Shown: positions 50,409 to 61,095, counted from the stretch's first letter. The stretch: DNA of 64,000 bases from Planctomycetota bacterium (GCA_965223265.1 OZ244999.1:4768001-4832000); one strand, 5' to 3'. A program made the numbers and translations. Notes: generated by a model from the letters alone, not told the origin.

Positions 50409-51176
50409 ATGCACGACATTTCGAAGTTGTCCTCCGACAGCCCCATTACCTGGTTCGCCGCATCCGTCGCACTGCTGTCGCTTCTCAGTGGATGCGCTTT
50501 ATTCAAGCCAAACGTCACCTCTCTGTTCAGCGGTACCGATCTCTCCGGCTGGCGCGCGCTCGACGCCAAGAACGGCTCCACCGACGCATGGCTCACGGCG
50601 GGCAGCGTCACTCTCGATGAAAGCGCCGAGCGCAAACGCTTCGTCATCGAGCCCGGCGCCGGCCTGCTCGTCAACGGCCGCAGCGGCCGCACCGCGAATC
50701 TCGTCACCGAGCGCGAGTTCGGCGACCTGGAGGCACACATCGAATTCTGCTGCCCAAGCGATGCGAACTCCGGCATCTACGTCATGGGCATGTATGAGAT
50801 TCAGATCCGCGAGCGCTCGCACAAAGACGTACCCAAGCTCCAGATGCGTGACTGCGGCGGCATCTTCGGACGCTGGGTGGATGAAAAGTACGTTGACGGC
50901 CATCCGCCACTCGTCAAGGCAATGCGCGGACCTGGAGAGTGGCAAAGCTTCGACATCAAGTTCCGGGCGCCGCGCTTCGATGCGAACGGCACCAAGATCG
51001 AAAACGCGCGATTCGTCGAAGTACGTCTCAACGGTCAAGTCGTGCAGAAGGACGTTGAGCTCAAGGGTCCAACGCGCGGACACTTGCCAGGGGAGGAACG
51101 CGCCACCGGGCCGCTGTTGCTCCAAGGGGATCACGGCGCCATCGCGTTTCGCAATCTGTGGGTGCGCGAACTCTGA
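50409..51176 (+). CDS. DUF1080 (3-keto-disaccharide hydrolase family) lipoprotein
   Basis: Lipobox LSGC, LFSGTDLSGW, NSGIY....YEIQI, GEWQSFDI and LLQGDHG.IAFRN. Confidence 0.9.
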   Translation: MHDISKLSSDSPITWFAASVALLSLLSGCALFKPNVTSLFSGTDLSGWRALDAKNGSTDAWLTAGSVTLDESAERKRFVIEPGAGLLVNGRSGRTANLVTEREFGDLEAHIEFCCPSDANSGIYVMGMYEIQIRERSHKDVPKLQMRDCGGIFGRWVDEKYVDGHPPLVKAMRGPGEWQSFDIKFRAPRFDANGTKIENARFVEVRLNGQVVQKDVELKGPTRGHLPGEERATGPLLLQGDHGAIAFRNLWVREL

Positions 51177-51609
51177 CGAGTCTGTCCCAGAGACGACAGC
51201 ACGGGCTTTTGGCGCCGGCGCCGATGTCGCGATGGCCGGCCTTCAAGGCTCTCGAACGCAGGAAGAATCGGCTCCACTCCTCGCACGGCCGCTGCTCGGC
51301 GCTTGAGTCCTCTGACTCGCTTTCCGCATCTGCCCCCCGTTCGCCACCACATTGTCCTTGCCAACGAACAGGACACTCAACATCATATGCGCGCACGAGG
51401 AAGTAAGGAACCGAGCTTCGAGAGGCGTGGGCTAACCTAACAGCCCGAGATCGCTTCGAGGAGCTCTCATTCGCACGGCCTGACGAGTCGGCTTCAGTTC
51501 CCAGCGCAACTCGACCGCAAGCGCGCGCTCGCACGCCGTTCGGTTCTACGCGGGTAGCTGGTTGCCTCTGGATGGCCAGACGTTCAGCGCTTCGAGGCGG
51601 AGGAAAAGC

Positions 51610-54600
51610 ATGTACGGATGGCGCTCGCGCAGTTCATGGAGTCTTTTGGCAGTTGTGTTGACCGGAGTGATCGCTGGCGGGCTCGATTTCGCCCACGCCG
51701 ACGTCGAGCTAAATGTCGTGGCCAACCCCGACCCCGCCGCGCCAGGCGAGCAGATCCGCGTTCAGATCACCGTCGCCAACAACGGCGCGAGCTCCGAAAG
51801 CGATCTAATAGTCAGTATGGATTACCCAGCGGGCATGAACTTCGTCGCCGAGAGCCTGATCACCGGTCCGTTCACGTTCAACTGCACCAGTGCCTCGTGT
51901 ACGTCTGGGGAAACCATGGTTTGGGACGTGGGAATTCTCGCTCCAGGTCAGTCGCTGACCTTCTCCTTCCCTGCGGTCGTGGCGAACGCGACACTCGCAG
52001 GCACGGAGATTAATTGGCTGGCCGCGGTGTCGAATGCAGGCGGCGAGCTCGCAACCAGCTTGTCGGTCATCACCGTAGATCCTGAGCCAGCACTTTCGGT
52101 CTCGATCGATGAGCGCGACGACCCTGTCGTCGCCGACGGCGATCTCAGCTTCACGATCCGCTACGGCAATCGATCCGCCGCCAGCGTCACGTCGACGCAG
52201 CTGCGCTTTCCGATGCCGGCGCAGACGATGTTCGTCTCCGCGAGTCAAAGAGGCATACTCGCGGACGGTGAAGTCAGCTGGGATTTGGGGACATTGGCTG
52301 CGGGAGCGGTCGGCGAACGGACGGTTGTCGTGCAGGTAGACGGTCCCCCGTCCAGTGGCAGTCTCATCGCCTCCGAGGCCATCATCGAAGCGATCAGCAG
52401 CGCCCTGCCCACCCGACGTCGGTCGAGCGAAGTGACACGGGTGGCGCCGAACACCCCGCTTGCGCTCAGCTTATCCGTTTTCCCTCAGTCAGCGCAGCCG
52501 GGGGAGACGACGATCGTAGAGATGACCGTGACCAACACCGACGACGCACAGGTGTTCGGTGGTCGCATCGATCTGTCGTATCCAGCGGGCATGAACTTCG
52601 TAGCCGAGAGCCTGATCAACGGCCCATTCACATTCGGCTGCTCCAGCGCTTCGTGCATCGCAGGAGAAGTCGTCGTCTGGGAATTAGAAACGATGAACCC
52701 GGGTCAGTCCCTGACCTTTTGGTTTCCAGCCGCGGTAGCTAATGCGACGCCGAGTGGCAGCGCGATACCGTGGCGCGCGAAGATCTCAGATGATAGCGGC
52801 GCCGAGTCAGAAGAGTCGACAACGACAACGGTCAGAGAGGATCCGGCGCTCACGCTCGCCCTCTGCGAAGACGCGGATCCGATCGCCGCCGGCGACGACC
52901 TGACCGTCACCATGCGCTACGGAAACAGCGCGGCAAGCAGTGTGTCGTCCGTGGCGCTTTCTTTCCCGGTTCCGTCTGGGACCACGTTCGTCTCTGCCAC
53001 CGGGGACGCGTCGGTTTCCGACGGCGTCGTGAGCTGGTCATTAGGGACGCTCGATGCGGGCGGCGTCGGTGAGCAGCGCGTCGTGCTCTCAGTCAACGAG
53101 AACCTGACACCCGGCACGCTCGTCGAGTCCGAAGCCGCGATCGGAGGCACGAGGAACGCTCTGCCGACGGAACGACGCGCGACGACGGCAACGGTCGTCG
53201 CACCGACGCGTGGTCTCGAAGTCAGCCTCAATGTGACACCACAGCCGGCGCAGCCAGGTGAGCAACTGGACGTCGAGATCACCGTGGCCAACAGCGCCGC
53301 ATCGCCGGTATTCGGCGCCCGGGTCGAGCTGCGCTATCCGCCCGGGCAAAACTTCGTGGCGGAAAACCTCGTCACCGGCCCATTCACGTTCAACTGCAGC
53401 AGTGCTTCGTGCGTTTCGGGAGAGAACGCAGTCTGGGACCTAGGCACCCTAAGTGCAGGGCAATCGATGACGTTCTCAATGCCATCAGTTGTTGCCCAAG
53501 CGACACCGGCCGGCAGCGTGATTCCATGGCAGGTGCTTGCCCTAGACGACAGCGGCGCAGTCACCGCGGAGTCGAAAGTCACCACCGTCGACGCTACTCC
53601 GGAGCTGTCGATAACGATTGACGAAAGCCGTGATCCCGTTCCAGCTGGAGAGGAGCTCACGTATAGCGTCATCTATGGCAACGCTTCGGACATCAGCGTC
53701 ACCGGCGCGGTTTTGTCGTTCGCTCTTCCAACCGAGAGCACGTTCACCTCTGCGTCTGGCGATGGTGAATTCGCCGACGGGAGCGTTCGCTGGTCGCTCG
53801 GCACGCTCGGTGCTGGAACGGTAGGTGAGGAGAGTGTCGTCGTCTCGGTGGCTGGGGGACTCCCGAACGGTACGCTGTTGGACTCGGAAGCTGCCATCGA
53901 AGGGACCGCCGGATCGCTGCCGACTCAGCGGCGGGCGACTGCTGCCACGTACGTTGCGCCCGACACGCCGTTAGGGCTCACGCTCGATGTCGTTCCATCA
54001 TCCCTTCTGCCCGGCGAGTCCGTCGACGTCCGGCTGGCGGTGACGAACACCTCCGCGGCGCAAGTCTTCGGCGCTCGGGTTGACATGAGACATCCAACAG
54101 GGCTGAACTTCGTCAACGAGGCTGCGATCACCGGACCATTCACGAACAACTGCACGAGCGCATCGTGCATCTCCGGTGAGAACATGATCTGGGATCTCGG
54201 CGTTCTCGATCCGGGCGCCACCGTACTGCTCGGTGTTCCATCGACTGTTGCGAACTTGACGCCTAGGGGCAGTGTCATTTCATGGAAAGCGATGGCAAGC
54301 GAAGATTCGGGCTCCGTCGTTCACCGATCAACAAGCGGTGGAATCACCGAGACCGATGTGAGTGTTTTCCTTCGTGGTGACTGTAATGATGACGGCTCCG
54401 TCGATATTTCCGATGGCATCTTCAACCTCAATGCGCTCTTCGTCCAAGGAAGCGAACAATCGAACTGCCTCGAGGCTTGCAACGCCAACAACGACGATTC
54501 GAACGACATTTCGGATGCAATCTTCCTCTTCAACTTCTTGTTCGTTGACGGAGAACCCATCGAGCCGCCGTACCCGGGATGCGGAGAAGACCCGCAGCCG

Positions 54601-54645
54601 GACGACAGCATCGGCTGCGATCGGACAGCTTGTCTCGACGTCTGA
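51610..54645 (+). CDS. Secreted DUF11 (Ig-like) repeat protein with C-terminal dockerin-like module
   Basis: Seven Ig-like units with P..PG......V.N and W.LG.L..G motifs, ending in FLRGDCNDDGSVDISD. Confidence 0.82.
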   Translation: MYGWRSRSSWSLLAVVLTGVIAGGLDFAHADVELNVVANPDPAAPGEQIRVQITVANNGASSESDLIVSMDYPAGMNFVAESLITGPFTFNCTSASCTSGETMVWDVGILAPGQSLTFSFPAVVANATLAGTEINWLAAVSNAGGELATSLSVITVDPEPALSVSIDERDDPVVADGDLSFTIRYGNRSAASVTSTQLRFPMPAQTMFVSASQRGILADGEVSWDLGTLAAGAVGERTVVVQVDGPPSSGSLIASEAIIEAISSALPTRRRSSEVTRVAPNTPLALSLSVFPQSAQPGETTIVEMTVTNTDDAQVFGGRIDLSYPAGMNFVAESLINGPFTFGCSSASCIAGEVVVWELETMNPGQSLTFWFPAAVANATPSGSAIPWRAKISDDSGAESEESTTTTVREDPALTLALCEDADPIAAGDDLTVTMRYGNSAASSVSSVALSFPVPSGTTFVSATGDASVSDGVVSWSLGTLDAGGVGEQRVVLSVNENLTPGTLVESEAAIGGTRNALPTERRATTATVVAPTRGLEVSLNVTPQPAQPGEQLDVEITVANSAASPVFGARVELRYPPGQNFVAENLVTGPFTFNCSSASCVSGENAVWDLGTLSAGQSMTFSMPSVVAQATPAGSVIPWQVLALDDSGAVTAESKVTTVDATPELSITIDESRDPVPAGEELTYSVIYGNASDISVTGAVLSFALPTESTFTSASGDGEFADGSVRWSLGTLGAGTVGEESVVVSVAGGLPNGTLLDSEAAIEGTAGSLPTQRRATAATYVAPDTPLGLTLDVVPSSLLPGESVDVRLAVTNTSAAQVFGARVDMRHPTGLNFVNEAAITGPFTNNCTSASCISGENMIWDLGVLDPGATVLLGVPSTVANLTPRGSVISWKAMASEDSGSVVHRSTSGGITETDVSVFLRGDCNDDGSVDISDGIFNLNALFVQGSEQSNCLEACNANNDDSNDISDAIFLFNFLFVDGEPIEPPYPGCGEDPQPDDSIGCDRTACLDV

Positions 54646-54911
54646 CGGTTACCGCCAGCACGACGCCCCTACGTGGTGCCACACACACGCTGCCCCAAAC
54701 CTACGACTCGGGCAGTGCCGACAACAGCTCTGCCCGAGATCCAGATCCTTGACGCGGCCGGCGCACCGGTCGCTGTGATGGGACGATGCCAATCCCCAAA
54801 GACGCGAAAACCGCTCTGCAGTTTCGACGCTCCAAGTTACGCTATTGGGAGAATCTTTCGGAAATAGGTCTCTGTCCCCGGGCGGGGTCACAATGAATCG
54901 GGAGGGAACCT

Positions 54912-56282
54912 ATGCGTCACATACTGCTGATCGTCTGTCTCTGTCTGTTCGCTGTGTGTTTTTCTGCTGTCGTCAGCGCCCAGCCGAGCGAGCCTGACGT
55001 TCGAGCTTACTCAGCCACCAAGACGGTGGTCCCACCGGTCATCGACGGTGTGGTGAGCCCAGGCGAGTGGGAAGCCGCGGATGCGGCCGCCGGTGACTTC
55101 CGCCTTCTGCGCACGCCTGCGCCGGGCGCGCTCGCCGAAGAGAACGCTCGCTTCCGGATCGTCTGGGACGACGAATACTTATTTGTTCTGCTGGAATCCG
55201 ATCGCCCTGAGTGGGCGCCGCCAGGTGATCGCCCCATCAGCTTCACCACGAATGATTTCAACACGAACTGGTACTTCGACCCTGACCTCGATGGCAATGG
55301 CAACGTCAACCCGCCGACCGGCTATCAAATCGCCTACTCGCAGCGCGCCGGTGAGTCGTCGATTTGCGATGGCGAGCGTTCCAATCTCGGTGTCTTCTTT
55401 GAAGCTCACGTAAACGATCGTTTCGGCAATCAGGGCAACTGGTTTCCTGCCGGACAGGGCCTCAAAGTCATGCAGCGCCTCGACGATTTTGGAGGCGTTA
55501 CAGAGATGAAGATTCCGTGGACGATCTGGAACGCTGCGGGTCCGAACCCGGAAACTAGTGGACTCTTCCATCCGTTTGCCCCGGAGGATGGCGACGTGTG
55601 GTTTTTCAACCTAGGACTCCTTCGAGCCGGCGTCTCTGGGATCCAGTCCCTGCCCATCTGGAATTACAACGCTTCTCAGTTCTTCGTCGACCGGCCTGAC
55701 GGGACGCTCTCGTTCCACGTCCCCGAGGCTGCCGAGCAAATCCAGCAGCTTGCAAATTTCGTCGCGCACTTGGATCTACCTGAAGGTACGGCCACGAGCC
55801 TTCATGCCATGCTCGCCGCAGCACGCGGCCCGCTGACTGACTCAAGCCCTACGAACGACGTCGTCGGCATCAACGTTTTGGCGGCGCTTGCTCACGCCGT
55901 CCGAGGACAAGAGATGGGAAGCCGCATTCCAGCCGCAGATGCCGCAGTGCTCCAGAGCAGTCTGGAGAAAACCATCCACGCGTGGGCGAGCACCGACGGC
56001 CGAGGCCTCGGAGGGCGCAGGAGACCTTTCCTGCGCGGCGATGCCAACTCCGACGATGCACTCGACATCGCGGACGCAGTGTTCGCGTTGAGTTACCTGT
56101 TCATCGGCGACCGAGAAAGTTTGTGTGACGACGCAACCGACGCGAACGACGACGGCGAGATTGACATTTCGGACTCTCTGTATGTCCTACGTCACCTCTT
56201 TGTGGACACCTCGCCGTTGCCGATTCCTTACCCGTTTCTGGGCTTCGACCCCACAGTGGATGCGCTCGGCTGCGAGTCGTAG
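54912..56282 (+). CDS. Secreted CBM9-like sugar-binding protein with C-terminal dockerin-like module
   Basis: PP.IDG....EW, WDDEYLFV and EMKIPW, then a helical linker and FLRGDANSDDALDIAD. Confidence 0.75.
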   Translation: MRHILLIVCLCLFAVCFSAVVSAQPSEPDVRAYSATKTVVPPVIDGVVSPGEWEAADAAAGDFRLLRTPAPGALAEENARFRIVWDDEYLFVLLESDRPEWAPPGDRPISFTTNDFNTNWYFDPDLDGNGNVNPPTGYQIAYSQRAGESSICDGERSNLGVFFEAHVNDRFGNQGNWFPAGQGLKVMQRLDDFGGVTEMKIPWTIWNAAGPNPETSGLFHPFAPEDGDVWFFNLGLLRAGVSGIQSLPIWNYNASQFFVDRPDGTLSFHVPEAAEQIQQLANFVAHLDLPEGTATSLHAMLAAARGPLTDSSPTNDVVGINVLAALAHAVRGQEMGSRIPAADAAVLQSSLEKTIHAWASTDGRGLGGRRRPFLRGDANSDDALDIADAVFALSYLFIGDRESLCDDATDANDDGEIDISDSLYVLRHLFVDTSPLPIPYPFLGFDPTVDALGCES

Positions 56283-56520
56283 TCACCACGCGGCACCACA
56301 CCTCTCGTTGACCTGCGCTTCTCACAAGTCATCTCGAAGACACCGACAAGGTGGCAGCATGACGACCTCTCGCTGTGGTCTGCCCGCCGAGTTTTCCAGC
56401 GCCTGAAGCCCGCCAACGGCGGTATGATTGCGCACGTACGATGGGCCGAAGCTCGTCGAGCGCACTCAGAGGCTGTGAGGTTTTTGAAACTTGCCGTCGC
56501 AACTCACGGAACCCTCCGGA

Positions 56521-56601
56521 ACAGCACACGGCGTGTGCCTGCTACTTTGAAGAGCGCGTTGGCGACGTCTCTATAGTAGCAGGCACACTCCCGTGTGCCG
56601 T
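56521..56601. repeat. GTAG-type REP pair (tail-to-tail)
   Basis: CACACGGCGTGTGCCTGCTAC followed by GTAGCAGGCACACTCCCGTGTGCCGT. Confidence 0.7.
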
Positions 56602-56689
56602 TCCGAACGTGAGCGCGAGTTCTGACGGCACGTTTCAAGAACTTCACAGCCCTCAAGTGTGCGGGAAACTTCCGGCGAAAGGTTGGGCG

Positions 56690-58147
56690 TTGAATCGAAG
56701 CCACCTCCCCTTGGCGACACCACAGTTGGCATCACAGCCGAAAACGGCACCGATCGCGCGGCGCTACTTCCTCGGTGAGTGTGGCGTTGGCCTTGGGTCG
56801 ATGGCGCTCGCATCTCTCCTCGCTGACCGTGATGCGTTCGGCGCCGCATCGCGATCCACGGCAGCGCAGCAGCCGCATTTTCAGGCGCGTGCCAAGCACG
56901 TCATCTTTCTCTTCATGGCCGGCGGCCCTAGTCAGCTCGAGCTGTTCGACAACAAACCTCAGCTGCGTCGATTCGACGGTCAGCAAGTCCCCGCCGAGGT
57001 GATCGAGGGATTCGACCTGCCGTTCATCGAGCGCGATGCCGCGCTCATGTCGTCGCCGCTTAAGTTCTCGCGCTATGGGGAGAGCGGCGCTGAACTGTCG
57101 GAAACGCTCCCCCACCTCGCCGAAATCGCCGACGATATCGCGATCGTCAAGTCAATCCACACTGACGCTTTCAACCACGCGCCGGCGCAGCTTTTCCTCC
57201 ACACCGGGCACCTGCAGCTCGGCAAGCCGAGCATGGGCTCGTGGACCACGTACGGACTTGGGAATGACACTGCCGACCTGCCGGCGTTCGTCGTACTCGG
57301 GACGACCGCCATCAGCGGCGGCGCGGCGTGTTTTGACTCTGGGTTTTTGCCCACCGTTTACCAAGGCGTGCCGTTTCGCTCGCGCGGCGCACCGGTGCTC
57401 TTCGTTGACAACCCCGTCGGCGTCGACGCGCGCTTGCAGCGCGACACATTGGATACGCTTGCGGCACTCAACCGCCAACGCCTCAGCGTTGTTGGCGATC
57501 CAGAAATCGCCGCACGCATCAGCGCGTACGAGCTTTCGTTTCGCCTGCAGGCAAGTGCTCCCGAGCTCATGGACATCACCCGAGAGCCGGCGACAACGCT
57601 CGAGATGTACGGCGCCGAACCGGGCAAACCGTCGTTTGCCAACCAATGCCTGCTCGCGCGGCGGCTGGTCGAACGCGGTGTTCGCTTCGTCGAAGTCGCC
57701 TTGAGCGGCTGGGACCATCACTCGAACGTTGGCAATGGTGTACAGCGGATGTGCCAGAAGACCGATCAAGCGTCGGCCGCCCTGGTGAAAGACCTGAAAC
57801 AGCGAGGCCTTCTCGACGACACCGTGGTGATTTGGGGCGGCGAGTTTGGACGCACTCCGATGGCAGAAAACAATCCGGCGCTTGGCCGCAGTCGCGGGCG
57901 TGACCATCACCCCAACGCCTACGCCATGTGGTTCGCCGGTGGCGGCGTGCAGTCTGGCCAGACGATCGGAGAGACGGACGACATGGGATACCACGTCGTC
58001 GAAGATCCGGTGCACATCCACGACGTGCAGGCGACCGTTCTCCACCTCTTAGGAATGAACCACACGAAGCTGACCTTCCGCCATCAAGGGCGAGACGTGC
58101 GCCTGACCGATGTCGGCGGTCACGTGATCAAGCGGTTGATTTCATGA
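56690..58147 (+). CDS. DUF1501 domain protein (Tat-exported)
   Basis: RRYFL Tat-like signal, AKHVIFLFMAGGPSQLE, CLLARRLVERGVRF, GEFGRTP and GRDHHP. Start is uncertain (TTG 56690). Confidence 0.92.
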   Translation: MNRSHLPLATPQLASQPKTAPIARRYFLGECGVGLGSMALASLLADRDAFGAASRSTAAQQPHFQARAKHVIFLFMAGGPSQLELFDNKPQLRRFDGQQVPAEVIEGFDLPFIERDAALMSSPLKFSRYGESGAELSETLPHLAEIADDIAIVKSIHTDAFNHAPAQLFLHTGHLQLGKPSMGSWTTYGLGNDTADLPAFVVLGTTAISGGAACFDSGFLPTVYQGVPFRSRGAPVLFVDNPVGVDARLQRDTLDTLAALNRQRLSVVGDPEIAARISAYELSFRLQASAPELMDITREPATTLEMYGAEPGKPSFANQCLLARRLVERGVRFVEVALSGWDHHSNVGNGVQRMCQKTDQASAALVKDLKQRGLLDDTVVIWGGEFGRTPMAENNPALGRSRGRDHHPNAYAMWFAGGGVQSGQTIGETDDMGYHVVEDPVHIHDVQATVLHLLGMNHTKLTFRHQGRDVRLTDVGGHVIKRLIS

Positions 58148-61095
58148 TGACGCGCGCAAGGCGAGGCTCAAATCGACGCCGACGCGAGTCGACGATGTCT
58201 GGGGCCGCGGTTGCGGGCTTGTCATCTCGAGTCACGGCTGTGGCGCTGCGAGCCTGCTTGGCCCTCGCCTTCTTCACAGTCGCGTCTCGGTCAGGAAAGG
58301 ACTATGGAGCAACCACGCTCAGCGCCGCAGAGCCCACATCAAGGCAGGATGAAAGCGTCGCAGACAGAGAGAGAGCTGCCGCCTCCGATCACTGGGCGTT
58401 TCACTCGCCCGTTCGCCGCGCGCTGCCGCGGGTGCGGCGCCAGGATTGGCCGCGTCGCGCTTTCGATCGATTCGTCCTCGCGCGTCTCGAAGCCGAAGGA
58501 CTCGAGCCCTCAGCGACCCCCGACCGCGCCCGCCTCATCCGCCGACTCAGCATCGACCTGATCGGACTGCCGCCATCGATCGAGGAAGTCGACGCGTTCG
58601 TGAATGACCCCGAGCCACGCGCCTACGAAAAAGTGGTCGATCGGCTCTTGGCATCGCCTCACTTCGGTGAACGCTGGACGCTCTGGTGGCTCGATCTTGC
58701 ACGCTACGCCGACAGTAACGGCTATGAGTCCGACCGCACACGCTCCATCTGGCCATATCGCGACTGGGTGATCGAGCAACTAGCGGCCGATCTGCCATTC
58801 GATCGCTTCGCGATAGAGCAGATGGCCGGCGACATGCTTCCGGACGCCTCGGCGTCGCAGCTCATCGCAACGGGTTTCCATCGCAACACGTTCATCAACG
58901 AAGAAGGTGGCCACGACTGGGAGCAGTTTCGGTGGGAGTCCGTCGTCGATCGCGTCCACACTACCGCCACGGTGTTCTTGGGACTCACCGTCGCCTGCGC
59001 GCAGTGCCACGACCACAAGTACGACCCGATTTCGCAGCGCGAGTACTGGGAGCTGTTCGCATTTCTCAACAACACGGACGAGCCCGAGATCGAAGTATTG
59101 GACGCGAGTGTCGAACAACGTCAAAAAGAGATCGATGCGGAGATTGAGCGACGCATCGCTGCACGCGCCAACAACTTTCCATATCCGCCTGAGCTGAACG
59201 ATGCTGCGGCGCGCAATCAACACCTCGAAAGCAAGCTGCGCGCGTGGTGCGACAGCGAGTCGAAACGTGCCATCGAATGGCAAATCCTCGACCCGCTGAA
59301 AGCTTCCTCACTTGGAAACGCGACCTTCACCGAGCTCGACGATCGTTCCCTGCTCGTGACAGGAGATCGCCCGGAAGTGGACACGTACGAGCTCCTCTAC
59401 GAGGTGCCGACCCAGCGCATCACTGGTTTTCGTCTCGAAGCCATCCCTGACAGTCGACTCCCGCACCACGGACCCGGGCGCGGCAGCTTCATGGACGACG
59501 GCACGTTCGTCGTCACCGAATTCAACGTCGAGTCCGTTCCATCTCGACGCCAAATCGTGGCTGTGGCGCCTCCGAAACGACGCTCAGGGGTCGCATTCGA
59601 GTTCTCGAAAGCGCACGCCACTTTTCAGCATAGCGGCCGCACCGTCGACAAGGCGATCGATGGCGACCGACTGACGAGCTGGCACATCAAGGACGGTGGC
59701 GGCAAGCGTCACGTCGCCGTATTCGAGACTACGCACGCTTACGATATCGAGCCCGGCTCGCGCCTCAAGGTCACGATCGTGCAAAACTTCGTGCACCAGC
59801 AGACGCTCGGTCGATTCCGCCTCTACGTCACGGACGCCGCCGCGCCTCTTCACGCCAACATCCGATCGACAGCGATCGACGCGGCGCTGCGGAGAAATTC
59901 TGCGGCGCGGACTGAAGCGGAGTGGCAACAGCTGAAAGCACACTATCTTTCCGTCACACCTGAATTGACTGAGTGGAATAAGGGCATCGACGAACTACAG
60001 GCGACGAGGCCGCGGCTGCCAACCACGATGGTGTTCACGGAGCGACACGAGCTGCGGCCAACCCACGTGCACGAACGCGGCGAGCACTTGCGGCCGACCA
60101 CTCGCGTCTCTCCAGGTGTACCCCAGGTGCTGCACGGACTCCTTAACAACGCGGCGCCGAACCGACTCACGTTCGCGCGCTGGCTCGTCGACCGCCGCAA
60201 TCCACTCGTCGGACGCGTCATCGTCAACCAGCTCTGGCAGGCTTACTTCGGGCGCGGCATCGTCAGCACACCTGAAGACTTCGGCACGCGTGGTGCACCG
60301 CCGTCACATCCCAGAGTCCTCGACTGGCTCGCTCTCGATTTCGCCGACGCAGGGTGGAGCCTGAAGGCGATTCACCGTGAGATCGTCCTTTCGGCAACGT
60401 ACCGCCAAGACTCGCACCTCTCCGCGGCACTGGCCGAACGCGACCCCGACAACGTCCTCCTCGCACGCGGCCCACGCCTTCGCGTCGACGCGGAGGTGCT
60501 TCGGGACACGGCGCTCGCGACCAGCGGCCTGCTCGTGCGCAAAATCGGCGGTCCCAGCGTGTTCCCGCCGCAGCCGGCCGAGGCAGGCGTCTCCTTCGGG
60601 CCGTTTCGCTGGAAGGATAGCGTCGGGGACGATCGCTACCGCAGAGGACTCTATACCTTTCGCAAGCGCGGCGCGCCGTATGCCGCGTTTGCGACCTTCG
60701 ACGCTCCGGCACCGAACACGTGCGCGGCAGCAAGACGCAGATCGAACACACCGCTCCAGGCGCTTGCTCTTCTGAACGACGTCGTGTTGATCGAAGCGGC
60801 GCAGGCAATGGCGATGCGAACCCTCAGCGAGGCGCCAAGCACAGACGCGGCAAGTCGAGCCCGCTACGCTTTTCGGCTTTGCGTCGCGCGGCAGCCGACT
60901 GAAAGTGAGCTCGCGGCGATCGTCGCATTCTTCGAGCGTCAGCAGGCGCGTTTCGTATCAGGCTCGCTCGACGCCGCGGCGATCACGGGCAGCGCTGGAG
61001 AGGGCGCGCCCCAGGCGGAGCTGAATGCCCTCGCTGCGTGGACGACGGTAGCACGCATGCTCCTCAACCTCGACGAGACGATCTCCAAGGGATAA
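58144..61095 (+). CDS. DUF1549/DUF1553 (PSCyt2/PSD1) planctomycete protein
   Basis: HWAF, RRLS.DL.GLPP, WLDLARYADSNG, CAQCHDHKYDP, NPL..RV.VN, NTPLQAL and LNLDE. ATGA overlap with the DUF1501 stop. Confidence 0.92.
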   Translation: MMTRARRGSNRRRRESTMSGAAVAGLSSRVTAVALRACLALAFFTVASRSGKDYGATTLSAAEPTSRQDESVADRERAAASDHWAFHSPVRRALPRVRRQDWPRRAFDRFVLARLEAEGLEPSATPDRARLIRRLSIDLIGLPPSIEEVDAFVNDPEPRAYEKVVDRLLASPHFGERWTLWWLDLARYADSNGYESDRTRSIWPYRDWVIEQLAADLPFDRFAIEQMAGDMLPDASASQLIATGFHRNTFINEEGGHDWEQFRWESVVDRVHTTATVFLGLTVACAQCHDHKYDPISQREYWELFAFLNNTDEPEIEVLDASVEQRQKEIDAEIERRIAARANNFPYPPELNDAAARNQHLESKLRAWCDSESKRAIEWQILDPLKASSLGNATFTELDDRSLLVTGDRPEVDTYELLYEVPTQRITGFRLEAIPDSRLPHHGPGRGSFMDDGTFVVTEFNVESVPSRRQIVAVAPPKRRSGVAFEFSKAHATFQHSGRTVDKAIDGDRLTSWHIKDGGGKRHVAVFETTHAYDIEPGSRLKVTIVQNFVHQQTLGRFRLYVTDAAAPLHANIRSTAIDAALRRNSAARTEAEWQQLKAHYLSVTPELTEWNKGIDELQATRPRLPTTMVFTERHELRPTHVHERGEHLRPTTRVSPGVPQVLHGLLNNAAPNRLTFARWLVDRRNPLVGRVIVNQLWQAYFGRGIVSTPEDFGTRGAPPSHPRVLDWLALDFADAGWSLKAIHREIVLSATYRQDSHLSAALAERDPDNVLLARGPRLRVDAEVLRDTALATSGLLVRKIGGPSVFPPQPAEAGVSFGPFRWKDSVGDDRYRRGLYTFRKRGAPYAAFATFDAPAPNTCAAARRRSNTPLQALALLNDVVLIEAAQAMAMRTLSEAPSTDAASRARYAFRLCVARQPTESELAAIVAFFERQQARFVSGSLDAAAITGSAGEGAPQAELNALAAWTTVARMLLNLDETISKG

